A stretch of 63,157 nucleotides of DNA, filler included, from Trichosphaerium sp. ATCC 40318 (GCA_038496445.1; 3 parts of 3 records of this genome joined end to end with filler, not necessarily neighbours in it), one strand, 5' to 3'. Positions 38,182 to 51,656 are shown, counted from the first letter of the whole stretch. Numbers and translations are program-made. Notes: generated from the sequence alone by a model not told the origin.

Positions 38182-40523
38182 ATGACTACCGAACCTCCAT
38201 TAAAAAGACGACGTTTAGAACTGAGTTTCAGAGCTACAAAACGCGGCAGTCATGCTTGTATAGCTTGTCGTAAGTCACATACAAAGTGTGATGGAGGAAA
38301 GCCTTGCGGGCGTTGTATTGCAAGAAATATTGAATGTATTTTCGCAAAACCCAAAAAAAGAGGACCAGTATCAAGCACGTGATATATATGTTCCTAATGT
38401 ACTGTTTAATTTACTGTAAACTTAGATGAACAACAAATAGCGACTATAGAACGCCTTAGAGCACAACTCGCTTTACAATCACGTGAGGCAGAACATTGGC
38501 GTAAGCAGTTCTCTAAGCTTACCACAAACCAGGTATTTATCAGAGAAACCGTAAAATAGTAGTTTAACTTTTAGACAACATTGTTTTATTACGCTTTTTG
38601 AGCGTTAACGTACTTGGGTAAACAAATAATACCACCTCAAACTAAATTATAATTCTGAAGAATAATTTTTTTTCTTTTCTCAGAGTGTTTTATGGAACCT
38701 GTGTATAGACTTGAACGTTTCGTCGTGTGTTACGACGTGGCTAATGAATTATGAAAGGATATACTTTCCAGAGTTTGTACGGCGTATAACAAGCTTACTA
38801 GCACTTCTAATTCATCTCTAAAGGGCGTACCACTTCGACATTGGAACTCTGAAAACATTATCTCGGCAATACGAAACTGTACATGTACGTGCTTTGATTG
38901 GCTCTTTTGAGTGCTGCATAATGTTAATAATGTTTTAGCGTGGTCTGCTGACCCTACTATATTTGAAATACTCTCTATAATTGCCACAGGAGCGCGTCAT
39001 ATTTTCCCGAGAGCATCTGAAAAACTTTTCGATGTTTGTGAGCAAGTATATTCTAACCTTAATGAAATGGTTCACCCTTCTGTTGCTAGTACGCCACAAG
39101 TTATACCAGTATCACATCTAATGCTTATGGTAGCTGGCTTGGTTCTCCTGGGTAAAGATTCTGGATTCTTTGCTGGAAAGCCGGAAGTATCTTTGTACAC
39201 TAAAAAGGCCAAAAGTATGTTACAGTTAGGCTTTTGTTCAGCTAAGTAGTGCGTAGATATGCTATCTACACTTGTTAATGATCCTTCTTATTCATCGTTT
39301 AAACATCTTAAACTTGTAGAAAGAGGTGTTCGGTTATACTCTCATCACGTGTTTACAGATAGGTAAACTTATCAAAAATCATGAAAAAACTGAGAATTAC
39401 TTACGCTTTTATTTTTACAGGGAAAACGCTCTTCGTCACTTGCAAGTAATAAGTGACGAATTCTTCAAACACAGGAAAAGAACATCTAGACCATCTTTAG
39501 CTCTAGCAACTCAAATGATGTGGTTAGCTTTTGGAAAGGTAGGACTTTTTTTAGTAGTCTTTTTGGAAGCTCTTTAGTTTTTGAAGCGTTTAATGGTCGT
39601 TTAAGATGTGGCTTACAATTTCAAGACAACAACCGCCGTCCACGGGTGTGGCTTATAGGCTATATAGTATTGTACGAGAAATCTATTAAAGTATTAAATC
39701 AGGAAATTGCTAACCTAAAATGAGGATTAAAGTCTGAGGAGGAATTTACACATTTTTTATACAGACATACAAGAGTTAAGAAACGTGCTACACATGTACT
39801 AGATCCAAGGCGGTACCCTGAAATGTATGTAAGGTTCTTAACAATGAGTACTGGGATTTCTGCGCTTATATACTTCGCCGGAGGACACATACAAGAAGCT
39901 CTAAGGGTAAGCCAAGTTAAAAAAATATCGTTGACACTTTTGGTTTAGAAAAGTAAAGAGTTATTTTATGGTTGTGCCATCTACCCTGATAGCCCTCACC
40001 ATAAGCATATTCTACACGATCTTGGTATTATTTCAATTCATAATAACGACGTACCATTTCTACAAGAGGTCAGTTTTCTACAATATATTAACACAAACTG
40101 TTTGTTTATAAACTCCTAGATTATGATTCTACTACACAATAAATTCACGGGCTCTGAACACTTGATAGGGTAACTTACAATTCGCTATACCTTTACGCAT
40201 CTAATGATTGGAATCTTTGTAGGTCTTTACTGATATTGGCAGATGAACGTGGCTTGGAATATGATAAGAAACGTTTGTTGAAGATGTTTGGTATGGATAC
40301 AATTTTATCAAGCGATACGGAACCTCGTATTGATACAGAACCAAACTACGATATTCTAGAGCCTGTAGAGAACTGTTTATCTATACAAGACGAATTAGAA
40401 TTGTTTCCTCCTGAAGAGGAACTAGATTTAGATTTATTTCATTCAGAGAGAGAAGTTGGCCAGGCCTTTGCAGAGACCGACCTACAAGTAGATGTAGATA
40501 TACATTGCACGACTATATTTTAG
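38182..40523 (+). CDS. Zn(II)2Cys6 (GAL4-type) transcription factor
   Basis: ACIACRKSHTKCDGGKPCGRCIARNIEC followed by KKRGP, a coiled-coil exon and an acidic C-terminus; multi-exon. Confidence 0.88.
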
Positions 40524-40699
40524 TCGCAGAAGCTAACAAATAAACAGAACATTTTTGTTTCGCGTTGTCGCAAGTTCTTGCTACTAATCAAAGGGCTTCG
40601 CAGTTTCTTGGAGAAGTCGTAGTCCTAATAACAATCGAGTATTGTTAAAACAATATAACGCTAAGCTTATGACAGCTAAATACCCAAACAAGCACAACG

Positions 40700-41400
40700 A
40701 TTCAAAACACGTGTTTTGGTTCTAACTTGAAAGAAAGGATGTAGCAATAAACGGCGGTTGTTTATGAATTGCAGCGTATAGATGCGTGATACTGAGTGCC
40801 AATGTTTGGAGCGTTGGTAGAGTTTTGTAGAAATCAAACAATGGATATTGCTGCTGTCACAGTTTTTGATGTCGAAAACGAGACGGATAGCAATAAATTG
40901 CGTGATCCTGGTCTAGGTGTAAGAAGTGCAATCGATCCAATAACGTTGGAGAGTTATAGTTGCGGCATGGGTAGTGTGATATTATCTAAACAGGGTTCCA
41001 ACAGATACGTACTAAAATCCACGCAGTGGACTGAAGCTGTCGAAAACAATACATAACAACGAACAGTACACTGTTCGGACCATTCCCACCTGTGTACATA
41101 GTTTTTTCAATGTAGGAAATGTTGCCAACGATAGTGTCTAGGCTTTTTTCAAGACTCAGAAAGGCGCACAGCCTAGCACTTACCAAGAAGTTATTTTTTA
41201 GAATCACTATCTCCTTATTTGTGGATGGGAAGTTCCTATCTCTCAAAATGGCGATGATACCTAAGAATGCACAGAGACGATTTTCAAACACGTACTCGAA
41301 ACTCTTGGCTGTTGCTTTCTCAAAACGGTTGGTTTCCATTTTGGTTTACTTCTATCTAGCTATTCTCTTTCTTTGACTCCAGCGGTTTCGGAAAACAAGA
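40700..41400 (-). mobile_element. Degenerate non-LTR retrotransposon reverse transcriptase relic
   Basis: KSFEYVFENRLCAFL..ST..CAFLSLEKSLDTI (cf. KxxExxxxxRLxxFL..ST..FLDLEKAFDTV), then SPTLL..DQDHAIY (cf. SPxLF..YADDxAIY), with stops. Confidence 0.5.
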
Positions 41401-42101
41401 TGCCGAGTTAGATTTGTTTCGGGAAGGAAGACCCCGAACAGTTTGAAAATGACGACAGTCTGAGCATTTTTGTACAAACCCAAACTGAAGTTTCTTTTAC
41501 ACCTCTACATCGATGAATGTGTTTGTTCTTACTGCGTATAGTGTTTTTTGTTGTTTATAATAAGAAACTTGAACTGCACGACGATTTTCGCGTCGACCTT
41601 CGTATTTTCCAACTATCAACTAGAATTCTACATTTTGTTGTGCTTTTAAACGTCATAGCATTGGTTAATTGTGCACTATCACTATTTTCCAGAGTTAGAA
41701 AATATGGAATTGACGAGAGCTAGTTATGTCGCTATCTTATATTCGTAACTGTGGGTTACTGTAATGTAACCGAAAGCCTCTAAATTAATAGTGAACTTTC
41801 TTTTGTTGTAAGTACGGTAGTTCCGTAACAGCAATCACTAGCGTACCGTGTCGTTACAGCGCTAGCAATACAAAGCGAGCGTTAGGCGAACTATCAACGT
41901 TGAAGAGAGAAGCGGTTTTATTTTTAAACCAAACTTCCGAACACAGTATAGTGACGTTAATAGGAACCTCATCAAGGTCATTAGACTACCGTATCCTTTT
42001 GTGCATAAACTTGCCTAATTAAGAACGCCACTTTCCTAACGCGGCGATAGAAACCAAAAAACACCCAACACCCACCACACGAGATACACCCCACAAACAA
42101 C

Positions 42102-42926
42102 ATGTTAGCAAGGCATATTCTATGCTTCATCGTAGCGCTAGCCTGCGTACACAACGCAGTATCGCACTCTTATATCTATAGCGATCCTATGCCTATTTCA
42201 CCTGGAGCAAATGGTGTAGGAGGTTGTAGAGTAAACAACCCTCAACGTACTGGAAACAATTGTCCTGGACCTTGCGAGAATTACAGCAGGCTCGACATGA
42301 AGGTAACAAAGACGTACCAGAGAGGTAAAAGATACACCTATGATTGGGCTAAAAACAACCACAACTCCGGCTATATTAGAGTTGCTATTGTACCATGGAA
42401 ATACCTCAAACAAGCGTCTGCATTCCACCAATACACTATCTTCTATGATTGCTTCAGCGACCACCCAACAGTACAACGTGCAACGTGCCCTCGCGACAAC
42501 ATTTACTACAGATGTGATGACGACAAACGTGATATCATTTACAAGTCACAATTCACATTCCCTACCTCTATTCCTGACGGAGAATACATCTTCCAATGGA
42601 CTTGGTTCGGCGGTTCTGATGGCGGAGATTACTACAGTTGCGCCAGTGTTCGCGTCAAAGGCGGTGCTAGACTTACAGATTCTTACCCTGTTGGCAAAAA
42701 GACTTGCAAATCTAGAACTACAAGAGTAGGTGAATGCAAGTTCGCTCGCCCATGTAAAGATGAGCTCGGCCGTGAAACAGGTAAGTCCTATACTACAGGA
42801 CCACTTGATCCCCGTGAGTATAATGCAAAGAACAAACCACTCGTACTTGCTAGCAGATACGGCTCAAACCCAATGAACAGCGGCAACAACAACAACCCTC
42901 CACCGCCACCACCTCCACCTCCAATG

Positions 42927-42958
<32 letters not shown>

Positions 42959-43522
42959 CGGAAATGGTCAAAACTTCAATCACGTTGCTCCTGGAACTGT
43001 TCAAGCCCAACACTTCAGGAAGTTCTATGATACTACAACCGGTAACTCTGGTACGTTTTTTTTAATCAGCTTTTTTTATCCTTTTTTTTTTTTCTTTTCG
43101 ATTTCTCCTTCGATTGTAGCTAACTGCTTTTCTCAGGACCTTCAAATTGCGCTCCAAATAACAGAGGTGGTTCCAAACTTGTAGATTTTCAACCAACAGA
43201 TGACTCTACTGGAGGCAACTGTAACGTTGGTTGGGTCGCAAGAAACGAATGGCTCGAATACAGAGTGGATTTCAAACAAGATGCTGACTACAAGATTATG
43301 CTTCGTGTTGCTGCAGACGGTGACGAGAAAAAGTACATTGACGTTACTATTAACGGTAAAACAACTACCGTTGAGTTTGACGCTACTGAAGGATGGCAAA
43401 CTTGGGCAAACGCTGAAGCTACCCTCGGTAGAATCAACTCAGGAGCTCGCAATGTCAGAATCACGTTCAAATCTGCAGAGCTCAACTTGAACTACTTCAA
43501 GTTTGTTAAAGTTGGATCCTCG

Positions 43523-43555
<33 letters not shown>

Positions 43556-43912
43556 AACAACAATAACAACAATAACAACAACAACGGTCCACGTCTAAGC
43601 GGAAAGGCAGTACAACTTGTCAACCCGCCTCTGTCTAGTAGAAGAAGTCAAACCGTTACATTGAACGTAGCCTACTCTACAACCAGCCGTTCTACTATTA
43701 GAGTACTTATTTTCAGACAAACTGGAGGAAGCAGATACAACTGGAAGACTTCTGGTAAGACTGTTACTGTAAATAGCGGACAAGGTGTTGTTCCTGTTAC
43801 AATCAAAATGCCTTCTGAAACCGGTACTGGATTCTTCTATCAAATTAAAATGGACGTTTCAGGAAGCAACAGGATCCAAGAAGAAGTAAATGGACTTAGG
43901 GTTAACAACTAA
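42102..43912 (+). CDS. Secreted His-brace LPMO-like protein + Pro/Asn linker + CBM6 + C-terminal beta-sandwich
   Basis: Signal peptide ending AVS|H; WAKNNHNSG; IPDGEYIFQWTWFGG..YYSCASV. Removing intron 43051-43136 gives CBM6-type PGTVQAQHF..DTTTGNSG..GGNCNVGWVARNEWLEY..GWQTW..LNLNYF. Confidence 0.8.
42927..42959 (+). repeat. (AAC)n microsatellite, poly-Asn linker
   Basis: Direct observation. Confidence 0.95.
43523..43585 (+). repeat. (AAY)n microsatellite, poly-Asn linker
   Basis: Direct observation. Confidence 0.95.
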
Positions 43913-44501
43913 CGAAATACTATTCTACTGAACTGTTTAAATAAATAACAACTTATATTGTTGACTGTCGTTCTTGTTTCTTGTTATTGTTATACTGTTG
44001 AACGTCTTCTTGTTTCTTGTTAGTGCGATAGTTGACGAATCATAAGTTCTTTCCGTGTGTTGAGTTTCAGTTACCAACGTTGCTTTATTCTGGTTCGTTC
44101 TGACATCAGCTATCGTTTGGCGTCGAGTTGACGTCTTGAACAGCCTGTCATCGTATATCTTACGCTATGTTGTAGTTGAGCGACCGTTTAAAAGTTGCCT
44201 TGCGTTAAATTGCGTAACTGGTTTCTTGTCCTTTCGTAGTTTATTCTGGAAAAGTAAGGAAATACTAAAATCAAAAAATCTAGTTTTTCCACCACACTAT
44301 TTCCGTATTTGGTGCTTACTAGCCCAGGACAACCAAAGGTCTTTATAATACTTTTTAGCTCGTTTTTACCTTGTATAAACTGGACAATAGTGTTGGTGGA
44401 ACCCTCTCAGTCTTTGGTAGCTCTATTGAAGCCACTACAACAATTTGAAAACAGTCACTTGTACAATCATTTTTCTTGATGTTTATCTTTTATTGAGAGT
44501 T

Positions 44502-46189
44502 TCAGAGACTGACCTCTTCGGCATCACTGGATAGATCTAAAGGCACAATGGAGTTATCTTCATCTTCCTCAGATGTTGATAATGCAGGAAATTCTGATAT
44601 TTGAAAAACGTCACTACAGTAGGAATAAAAGTTAGTTGTTATTATGAGCTCTTCCAAAAAAAAAACCATACTCGTCCTTGTCGTCTTCTAGAAGTCCATT
44701 TTTTTTTTTAATTTCGCCTTTTGCCGTACATTTTTGTACAACTCGGATTATAAAATACGCAAGGCCTAGTAATTCCGTCAGCACATGTAAGTCGACACTT
44801 CAAAAAGAAAAAATAACAAAGGAATTTACCAAATAATCCGAAAATCCCAAATGCTGACACAACGAATACAGCAGGAAGTTCAAACATTACTAAAGAAGCA
44901 GCAATTAACAAGAAAAGAAGTGCTCTCATAACAACTTGTGTATCAATATGATAGTGCAACCAATTACCGCATACAAGACCAAACTAAAAAAAAAGTAAGA
45001 TTCACGTGGTATTAAAGAACAGTTTTGGCTTTGCAAATAAATAAGCTTCTAAAAGTAGAGTGAATGTATATAGAATGTAAAACTTACTAAGCCGCATAAA
45101 CATAGGACTGTGTATTGAGGTAAATCATCAATATCAAATTTCTTTTTGTAAATAAGAAGATACATATCAATTCCAATTGAATCAAAAAAAGTAGTTGCAG
45201 ATATAACGCTACGAACAATAGACTTATCAAGTTCGTATATAATAACAAACATCATAATAGGAGGACCACCAGGACCGGCAATACCTAAAATACAACTGTT
45301 AAAATCAACGAAACTAAAAAAATAGTATGTGATCAAAAACTCAAACAGAAGTGTGGGTCGCCCTTTTGAACACCCGTACCTCTTAGAAATCCACTGATAC
45401 TACCAACGATAATAGACCTGAATATCAACAGTTATTGAAGTCAGAAACGATACGCAAAAAATCACGTGCTCAAAGAAGAAAAACGTGAGAAAATAAATAA
45501 CGTACACAATACCCATTGATATTGGAACACCATTTTCAAGCTTATCATTACGAGACTTCGTGGGAAACAACTTCGAAAAAATAACTTGCAAAGTTGATGC
45601 CTTTGAAACATCATCGGGAACCTCTAGCTTCATGTATCTTCTGAATTTTAACCCATAATCTGTTCTATTAAGATCTATACATATACGGTACACTGTAAAG
45701 ACCAAAAACATCGATCCTTGAACAAGAAAGTAAGAAGAGAACGAAAAACAAAAAACCATGTGAAAAAATTACAAGTTACCTAATCCCACTTTTAAAGCAT
45801 ATGGAGGTGTTTTTAGTAGAGTGAAAGCGCCAATAATACCAAATATACACATAGGAGGCATCATGAACAAGAATAACTTCCAATTAATCTCTTTAAACAC
45901 CATAAACAGTAGGAGAACTGAAGACGCTGTAGACATCACATCAAGCCTTAAAAAAGTAAATATCAGATAAGAGATATCTGGGGAGAAAAATTTACCACGC
46001 TACAAGGGAAACCATTTGTCCGCGGTGTTTTAGCTCAAAGAAAAGCCACCAGAACTGGTATAGCACGTGAAAGAGAATAGCCATGCCAAATCCAGTAGCG
46101 CCTGCGCTAAGGTTGCATACAAACGCTGTGAGCCCTGGTATGACTAAATCTAGCCACCATACGTGATAATTCGCTATAATATGTGACAT
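44502..46189 (-). CDS. Sulfite exporter TauE/SafE (TSUP) family membrane protein
   Basis: GATGFGMAIL and GFLRGIAGPGGPPIMMF half-repeat motifs, multiple TM segments; multi-exon. Confidence 0.8.
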
Positions 46190-46386
46190 GTGCCTTTTCT
46201 AAAAGAATTGGACTAGTCACGTGACACAATGACTTAATTGCTTACTCAACAACTTGTTCAATAGTCACTTTCTAATTTAGAAGTAGGAGACGTTATTACA
46301 AAGAGCTATGATTTGAGAAAAGTTGTGTTTCAGTTGTTTACAAACTTGTTTATTTTACATTTTGCATGATGTATACTTGACCAATA

Positions 46387-47649
46387 TCACTGGATAGTGT
46401 TGCTTAGGTTTTCAATAATCGAGGAAAATGTTGGTCTGTCTTCTGGCATACGAGATAAGCATTTTTGACCTAGCTGAGCCAAACCACTATCAAACTATTT
46501 GCAACAAAAATAATTTAGCGTTGCGCACTCAACAAACATCAGTACTACCTCTGTTGGTATTATTAGCGGTGTAACACCGTTGATAATATCTTCTACTACA
46601 TCTTGGTTTTGTACTGTAGCATAAGGTCCTATTGTAACAATGTTAGCGTATTCATAGAACAACAAGCTTGTTTTCGCACGTTTTTTGGCAAAGATACAAT
46701 AAAGCATCACACCAAAGCTCCATACTTCTGAAGCTTCTGAAAATAATCCATCCCTAAGAGATTCAGGTGCCATAATCCTAAAAGGCCCGCTTGTGACTTT
46801 ATCTACAACTTTGTTATCATCTCCCATGTTAATAGAGAAACCAAAATCTAAATTAGAAGTTAGCAAGTCCGTGATAAAAAGTTATAACCTGCTATTACTG
46901 CTTGAAGCCTTGGAGTATTATTATCTTGTGTGACTTCACAAAGTAGGATATCTTTACATGTATTAGATAATACCTCTTCCTGGGTTCATATCAAGTTGTG
47001 GCGTACTTCGAAGAGCCAAATCTCTAAGTAATACGCCCTTTGCAATAGTATGTTTCATTGCACGTGCTACATCCAAGCATAGCGAAGTTACCTCCCTTAT
47101 ATCCAAGTTTTCGTGCCTTAAAGGTAGTTAGCATAGATGCAAAGACTACAAGGAAGACGTGCTAACGTCTTGATGTAGTGTTCCAGGTCGCCTTTGTCAT
47201 AAAAAGGAGTTACGATACCAAATCTCGTTTCCTCAATAATAACACCTTTTGACGCGTTATTAGAGCACGGGTATATAGCGTCTGAGGTACCAATAAGCCG
47301 TAGAACATGTTTATGGGCCTGCACTGCCGAGTGTTTGGTTGTTTCGTATTCAAAGAGCACCCTTGAAGCGTGCCATTTAATACAAACGCGCTCAGAGCCC
47401 AAACGCCCAATTACAATATTGTTTGACGCTTTTATCGTTTTAATCGCTTAAACGATCCAATTAACGTGTTTAAAGATAACTGACGCGCACCTTGTACGTC
47501 TGTAATGTCCTCTAGCGCTATCTGAGGTTATTAGTTCAGTACATCACAACGCTTACCTTTTTTATGGTTTTCAACGCATCATTTGTTGTACAAGCGCTAC
47601 TAGTTTGCTTTGGTGCCGATGTTGAGATTTTATTGGGTTTGTTGCCCAT
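46387..47649 (-). CDS. Tyrosine-kinase-like protein kinase, N-terminal MG (possible myristoylation)
   Basis: MGNKPNK; VCIK, HKHVLRLIG, GDL, LRDLALRNIL, DFG, GPFRIMAPES, EVWSFGV, RPTF. Confidence 0.82.
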
Positions 47650-47702
47650 TATAAGCCTAAAACCAACTTTTCGTGCTAGTTTATGCGTTGATTATTCGTA
47701 CA

Positions 47703-47802
47703 NNNNNNNNNNNNNNNNNNNNNNNNNNNNNNNNNNNNNNNNNNNNTTAATTAATTAANNNNNNNNNNNNNNNNNNNNNNNNNNNNNNNNNNNNNNNNNN
47801 NN
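47703..47802. other. Artificial contig linker
   Basis: N44-TTAATTAATTAA-N44. Confidence 0.95.
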
Positions 47803-48434
47803 TACCTTCGATGAAAACCACTATATGAGGGTCAGCCACTACATTCAACAAGAACTAACAATTAACTTGTGCAGGAAAAAAGTAAAAACAGTTTCTAAAT
47901 CAGCATGACTACTTGATTAAGTTCTTTGAACTAAAACACGTGTCCATTCAAAAAAGTATCTATTGTGGGTTAACTTACTGGAACCTATCGGAGAACTTGT
48001 GTTCAACATACTTAGGAAATTGGCTAACAGTTGAAACAAAAAGTCTATGCCAAAACTTATCATCAACATCGTCTGTTTTTATTGACTCTTCTGTTTCCTT
48101 TCTTCTTTCATCCCAAACAAACTTTGAGAAGAAAAATCTTTTCCATATCGCATTAGCACAAGCAACCTGAAAAGCAAAAAAAAAAGTCAACAAAAAGTCA
48201 TAAAACAAGCGCTTCTTGTTGTTTGGCCTGGTCCTGTGCCGGTTGTTTCCAGTAATGGCAGAAGAGATAATGTATACGTACATCGTGCCAAGCCGTTGAG
48301 ACAGTTTGAACAGCGCTTACGTCCTCACTTGGTAGGTATAAGAAAATACAAAGCAAACAGTCGTAATTAAGCTCTTTTGATGTATTATTAAACGTCTGGT
48401 GCTGTTGTCGTTTTATTTGATGATTTTTACTCAT
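47803..48434 (-). CDS. F-box protein, probably truncated by contig end
   Basis: LNYDCLLCIFLYLPSEDVSAVQTVSTAWHD|VACANAIWKRFF. Confidence 0.7.
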
Positions 48435-48977
48435 AGTGAGATCTTATCACTGTTTTAACTGATATGTATTGTCCCGTGTTGTCCCGTGTTGTAATGCTAG
48501 CGCAACGTAACGGATCTTGTGGACTTCAAGTGACTTATAATCTCAACAGGTCCTGCTGAAAAAAAAACTTGTGGACCAATTGTTTTGATTGAGTTTTTTC
48601 ATATACATGCTCGCAAAAACTGTAATTTGGATCATAGAGATGTAAATGGTGACACTGCACTACTATTATCCTTTAAAATGAACATCTTATTTGCATAAGA
48701 CGGCTTTATAATAGCAGATCCTACTATTGGGTAAAACAGTAACATATTATTTACATTTATGGAGATTGAATGAAGTCGCTGATGACAATGAAGCAGAGCT
48801 CTATGATCAATATGCTGCTGAGTATGAGGACACTCAGTATTAAGAGCTATTGGAACTGACAATAAAAAACAAAGAAAAAGATGTATGAACTCGATAACGT
48901 GGTTAAGAAATGCATTACACATGTTTACTGACCATGCACGTGCATGAAAAAACAACCATCATTGGGGGATTTTTTAG

Positions 48978-51548
48978 CTACTTCTTTGTAAGTGTAACTG
49001 AATCTGCAACACCTATAACGTTGTCTATTAGTTCCTTTAAAGAGTTTTAAGTTGGAAGTAATCGTACTAAGATTAGAAGCAAGAACGAACTCTAATTTGA
49101 GTGTTGCTCTGGTTATATGCAAGCGAGTGTACCCAAACTCTGCCATCCTAAAGGATGTATTATTATAGTATCAATGTTAGTTATCTTTGTACCTGTAAGT
49201 TGACCATTCCGGTTGAGGCCTCCATCTACTATCTAAAGTCATACCAGCCATTCCAATCACCTTAGAATATATTTAAAAACAGTTAACCGAACTACAAAAC
49301 TTGAAAAATCCTTGTAACAAAGGTACTTACAACGTTTACTGGTGCTTCTCCATCGTTTCTACACTTTTGTGACTCAACAGGGCATGTACGCTCATAGGAG
49401 TGATAGTGACCAGCAAGGAATAAATCCACCTAACAAAGTATTAATGGTGTAAACAGATAAACAAACTTCTGTTTTGTGTCGTACTTTATTATCAACTAGC
49501 AAGCCTTCAACATTCTCCTGTAGCTTCTGGCACATAACCCAATCTGATGCATAGTTCGCTGAAGAATACAAAGGTCTATGAGCACCTACAACAACCCAAG
49601 GAGTAACTTTTCTATCAACAGTCTCAAGATCGTTTTTAAGCCATTTGTACTGTGCCTACAACATCGTTTGAAATTGCATCAAATGAATCATTTGTGGCGT
49701 ACTGAATTCGGAGTAAAGTCGTGCTCCGCTGAGAAAATAGAGAAGTGCGTATTACCATAATCAAAAGAGTACTATCAATGAGTTTAGATGGCTCTCTTGG
49801 TGCACATTTAGCTGAGTTGACGTACCCAATCTGTGTCTCTTGTCCAAGGCATGTTGAACCTCTCTTTGGCTGGTACGCCGCATTCACCTCCTACATCGAG
49901 TAAAAATGATATCTGGAAGGCTAGAACATTGCAAAGTTTAGATGTGATATACCTGAGTCGGCACCATAGTTACTCCAAGATGGTTTAAATGGTTGACCTG
50001 GGTAGTCGTATTCATGGTTTCCAATTGATACCATGTAAGGTAACGATGTAGATATAGGTTCTATCATCATGAAGAATTGTTCCCAGCGTATAGCATACCC
50101 AACTTGATGAAACAAATAAATACCAAAATCAAATTTTGATACACAAAAAAAAGTTGTTATCGTACCTGAATAAGCTATATCACCAATCTGAAGGAGTAGG
50201 TCATAATCTTTGGTTTCTATTTCTTTATTTAGACCTGCTACTACACCTTGCGATCCTGGTTCACACCATCCAGAGCCTACACTCAAGTAAAAATGTTAAA
50301 ACGAAAAAAGTATTCGAACCTTCGTTGCATCTAAACGTTCCCATATCACCAAAAGCTAGTACATGTATCTCTTCAGCACCAGGAATCGCAGGCGATACAA
50401 AAGTACGTATTGGTCCCCAACCGTCAACGTTATTTCCGTATCTAAAATCACGTGTCATTCACTTTGGTCAGAAACAATTTTAAAATTAAACGATGCGCTA
50501 ACTCAAGTGTATTGCTGTCTAAACAACAGTTTAAATACCTGTAGAAATACTTTGTTCGAGGTTTCAATGATGTTAACACTACATCATGAAGTTGTCCTGG
50601 ATCTCTAAAATATTTGATAGCCACACTGGCGTTATTAACAGCACAGTGATACATACTTTCAACGCCATAAGTTGAAGAATTTCCTATCCGTGTTTCAGCG
50701 TTGAGTGCCAAATGCGTGAGTGTTAATAGATTACCTGTAGCTTGAGTACCAAGACTATCAGTTATCCCGTATTGAACCGTGGCTACCTTGATTTTAAGGG
50801 TAAGCAATGCTTGCAGATAGTTACTGGTAAGGTACGGTACCTCTACTGAATCGCTTGTCCACATAACACGCATTTCAGACGGATCATCTGTTAACGCGAT
50901 GTGGCCTTGCAATGGATATGTCTTTTTGACAGTTACGGTATTACTTGTTGCAGCAAGAATGTACGATATGTTATTCCTCCAGTACTTGACGACATAATCT
51001 AATTTACATTTAAAAAAAATCACCCGAAAATCTTTTTATTTTCGCCAAATTAACCAATTTTGTGTCGGTTCGTAACACGTGAGGAATGACAAATATTTTC
51101 TCCGTACCTGTACGCATATTTATCATCCAATCAAAAGATACACTTCCGCTGCCCGTTTTCCAGCTGTAAAACAAGTTAAAAACACAAAACAATTTTTTGA
51201 ATGTCGCAAAGTCTCCACAACAAAATATCGCACTCTGGAGATGCCGTTACCCACTAATACTTGAGTTAGTGATATTTTATGCGTTTAATAATCCTTGAGT
51301 GCCTTGTAAGACAAATATTCCGTCTTGGGGCTATCTGGTGGGGAGTAAATAGCGATCCAATCTTCTAAACAAAAGATTGGTTTCGGCAAATATAAATCCC
51401 TCGTACTTTCTCCAGGGTTGGTTATTCCACTCCATTTTACGGACAACGTTTCTACATCAGTGATGACATTTGGAGAAACTATCAAGGATGGTTCTGCAGC
51501 TGAGAAAGCGACAAAAACTAAAAATACTAGAAAAGATTCCACTCTCAT
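48978..51548 (-). CDS. Secreted purple acid phosphatase (fn3 + metallophosphoesterase)
   Basis: Signal peptide; DWIAIYSP, EMRVMW, FGDMG, GDIAY, GNHE, HRP, GHYHSYER. Confidence 0.92.
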
Positions 51549-51656
51549 GTTTTTCTGCTTTTATGGCTTAACTGGAGAAACTAAGGTATGTACTTCGACA
51601 ACAAAATCTCATTTACAAGTATTAATAAGAGCGGATGTAAACTCAGTAAACCAGTT

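Noticed and set aside
40796-41056. Plus-strand 86-aa ORF
   Set aside because: No ATG context or family; better explained as antisense to the RT relic.
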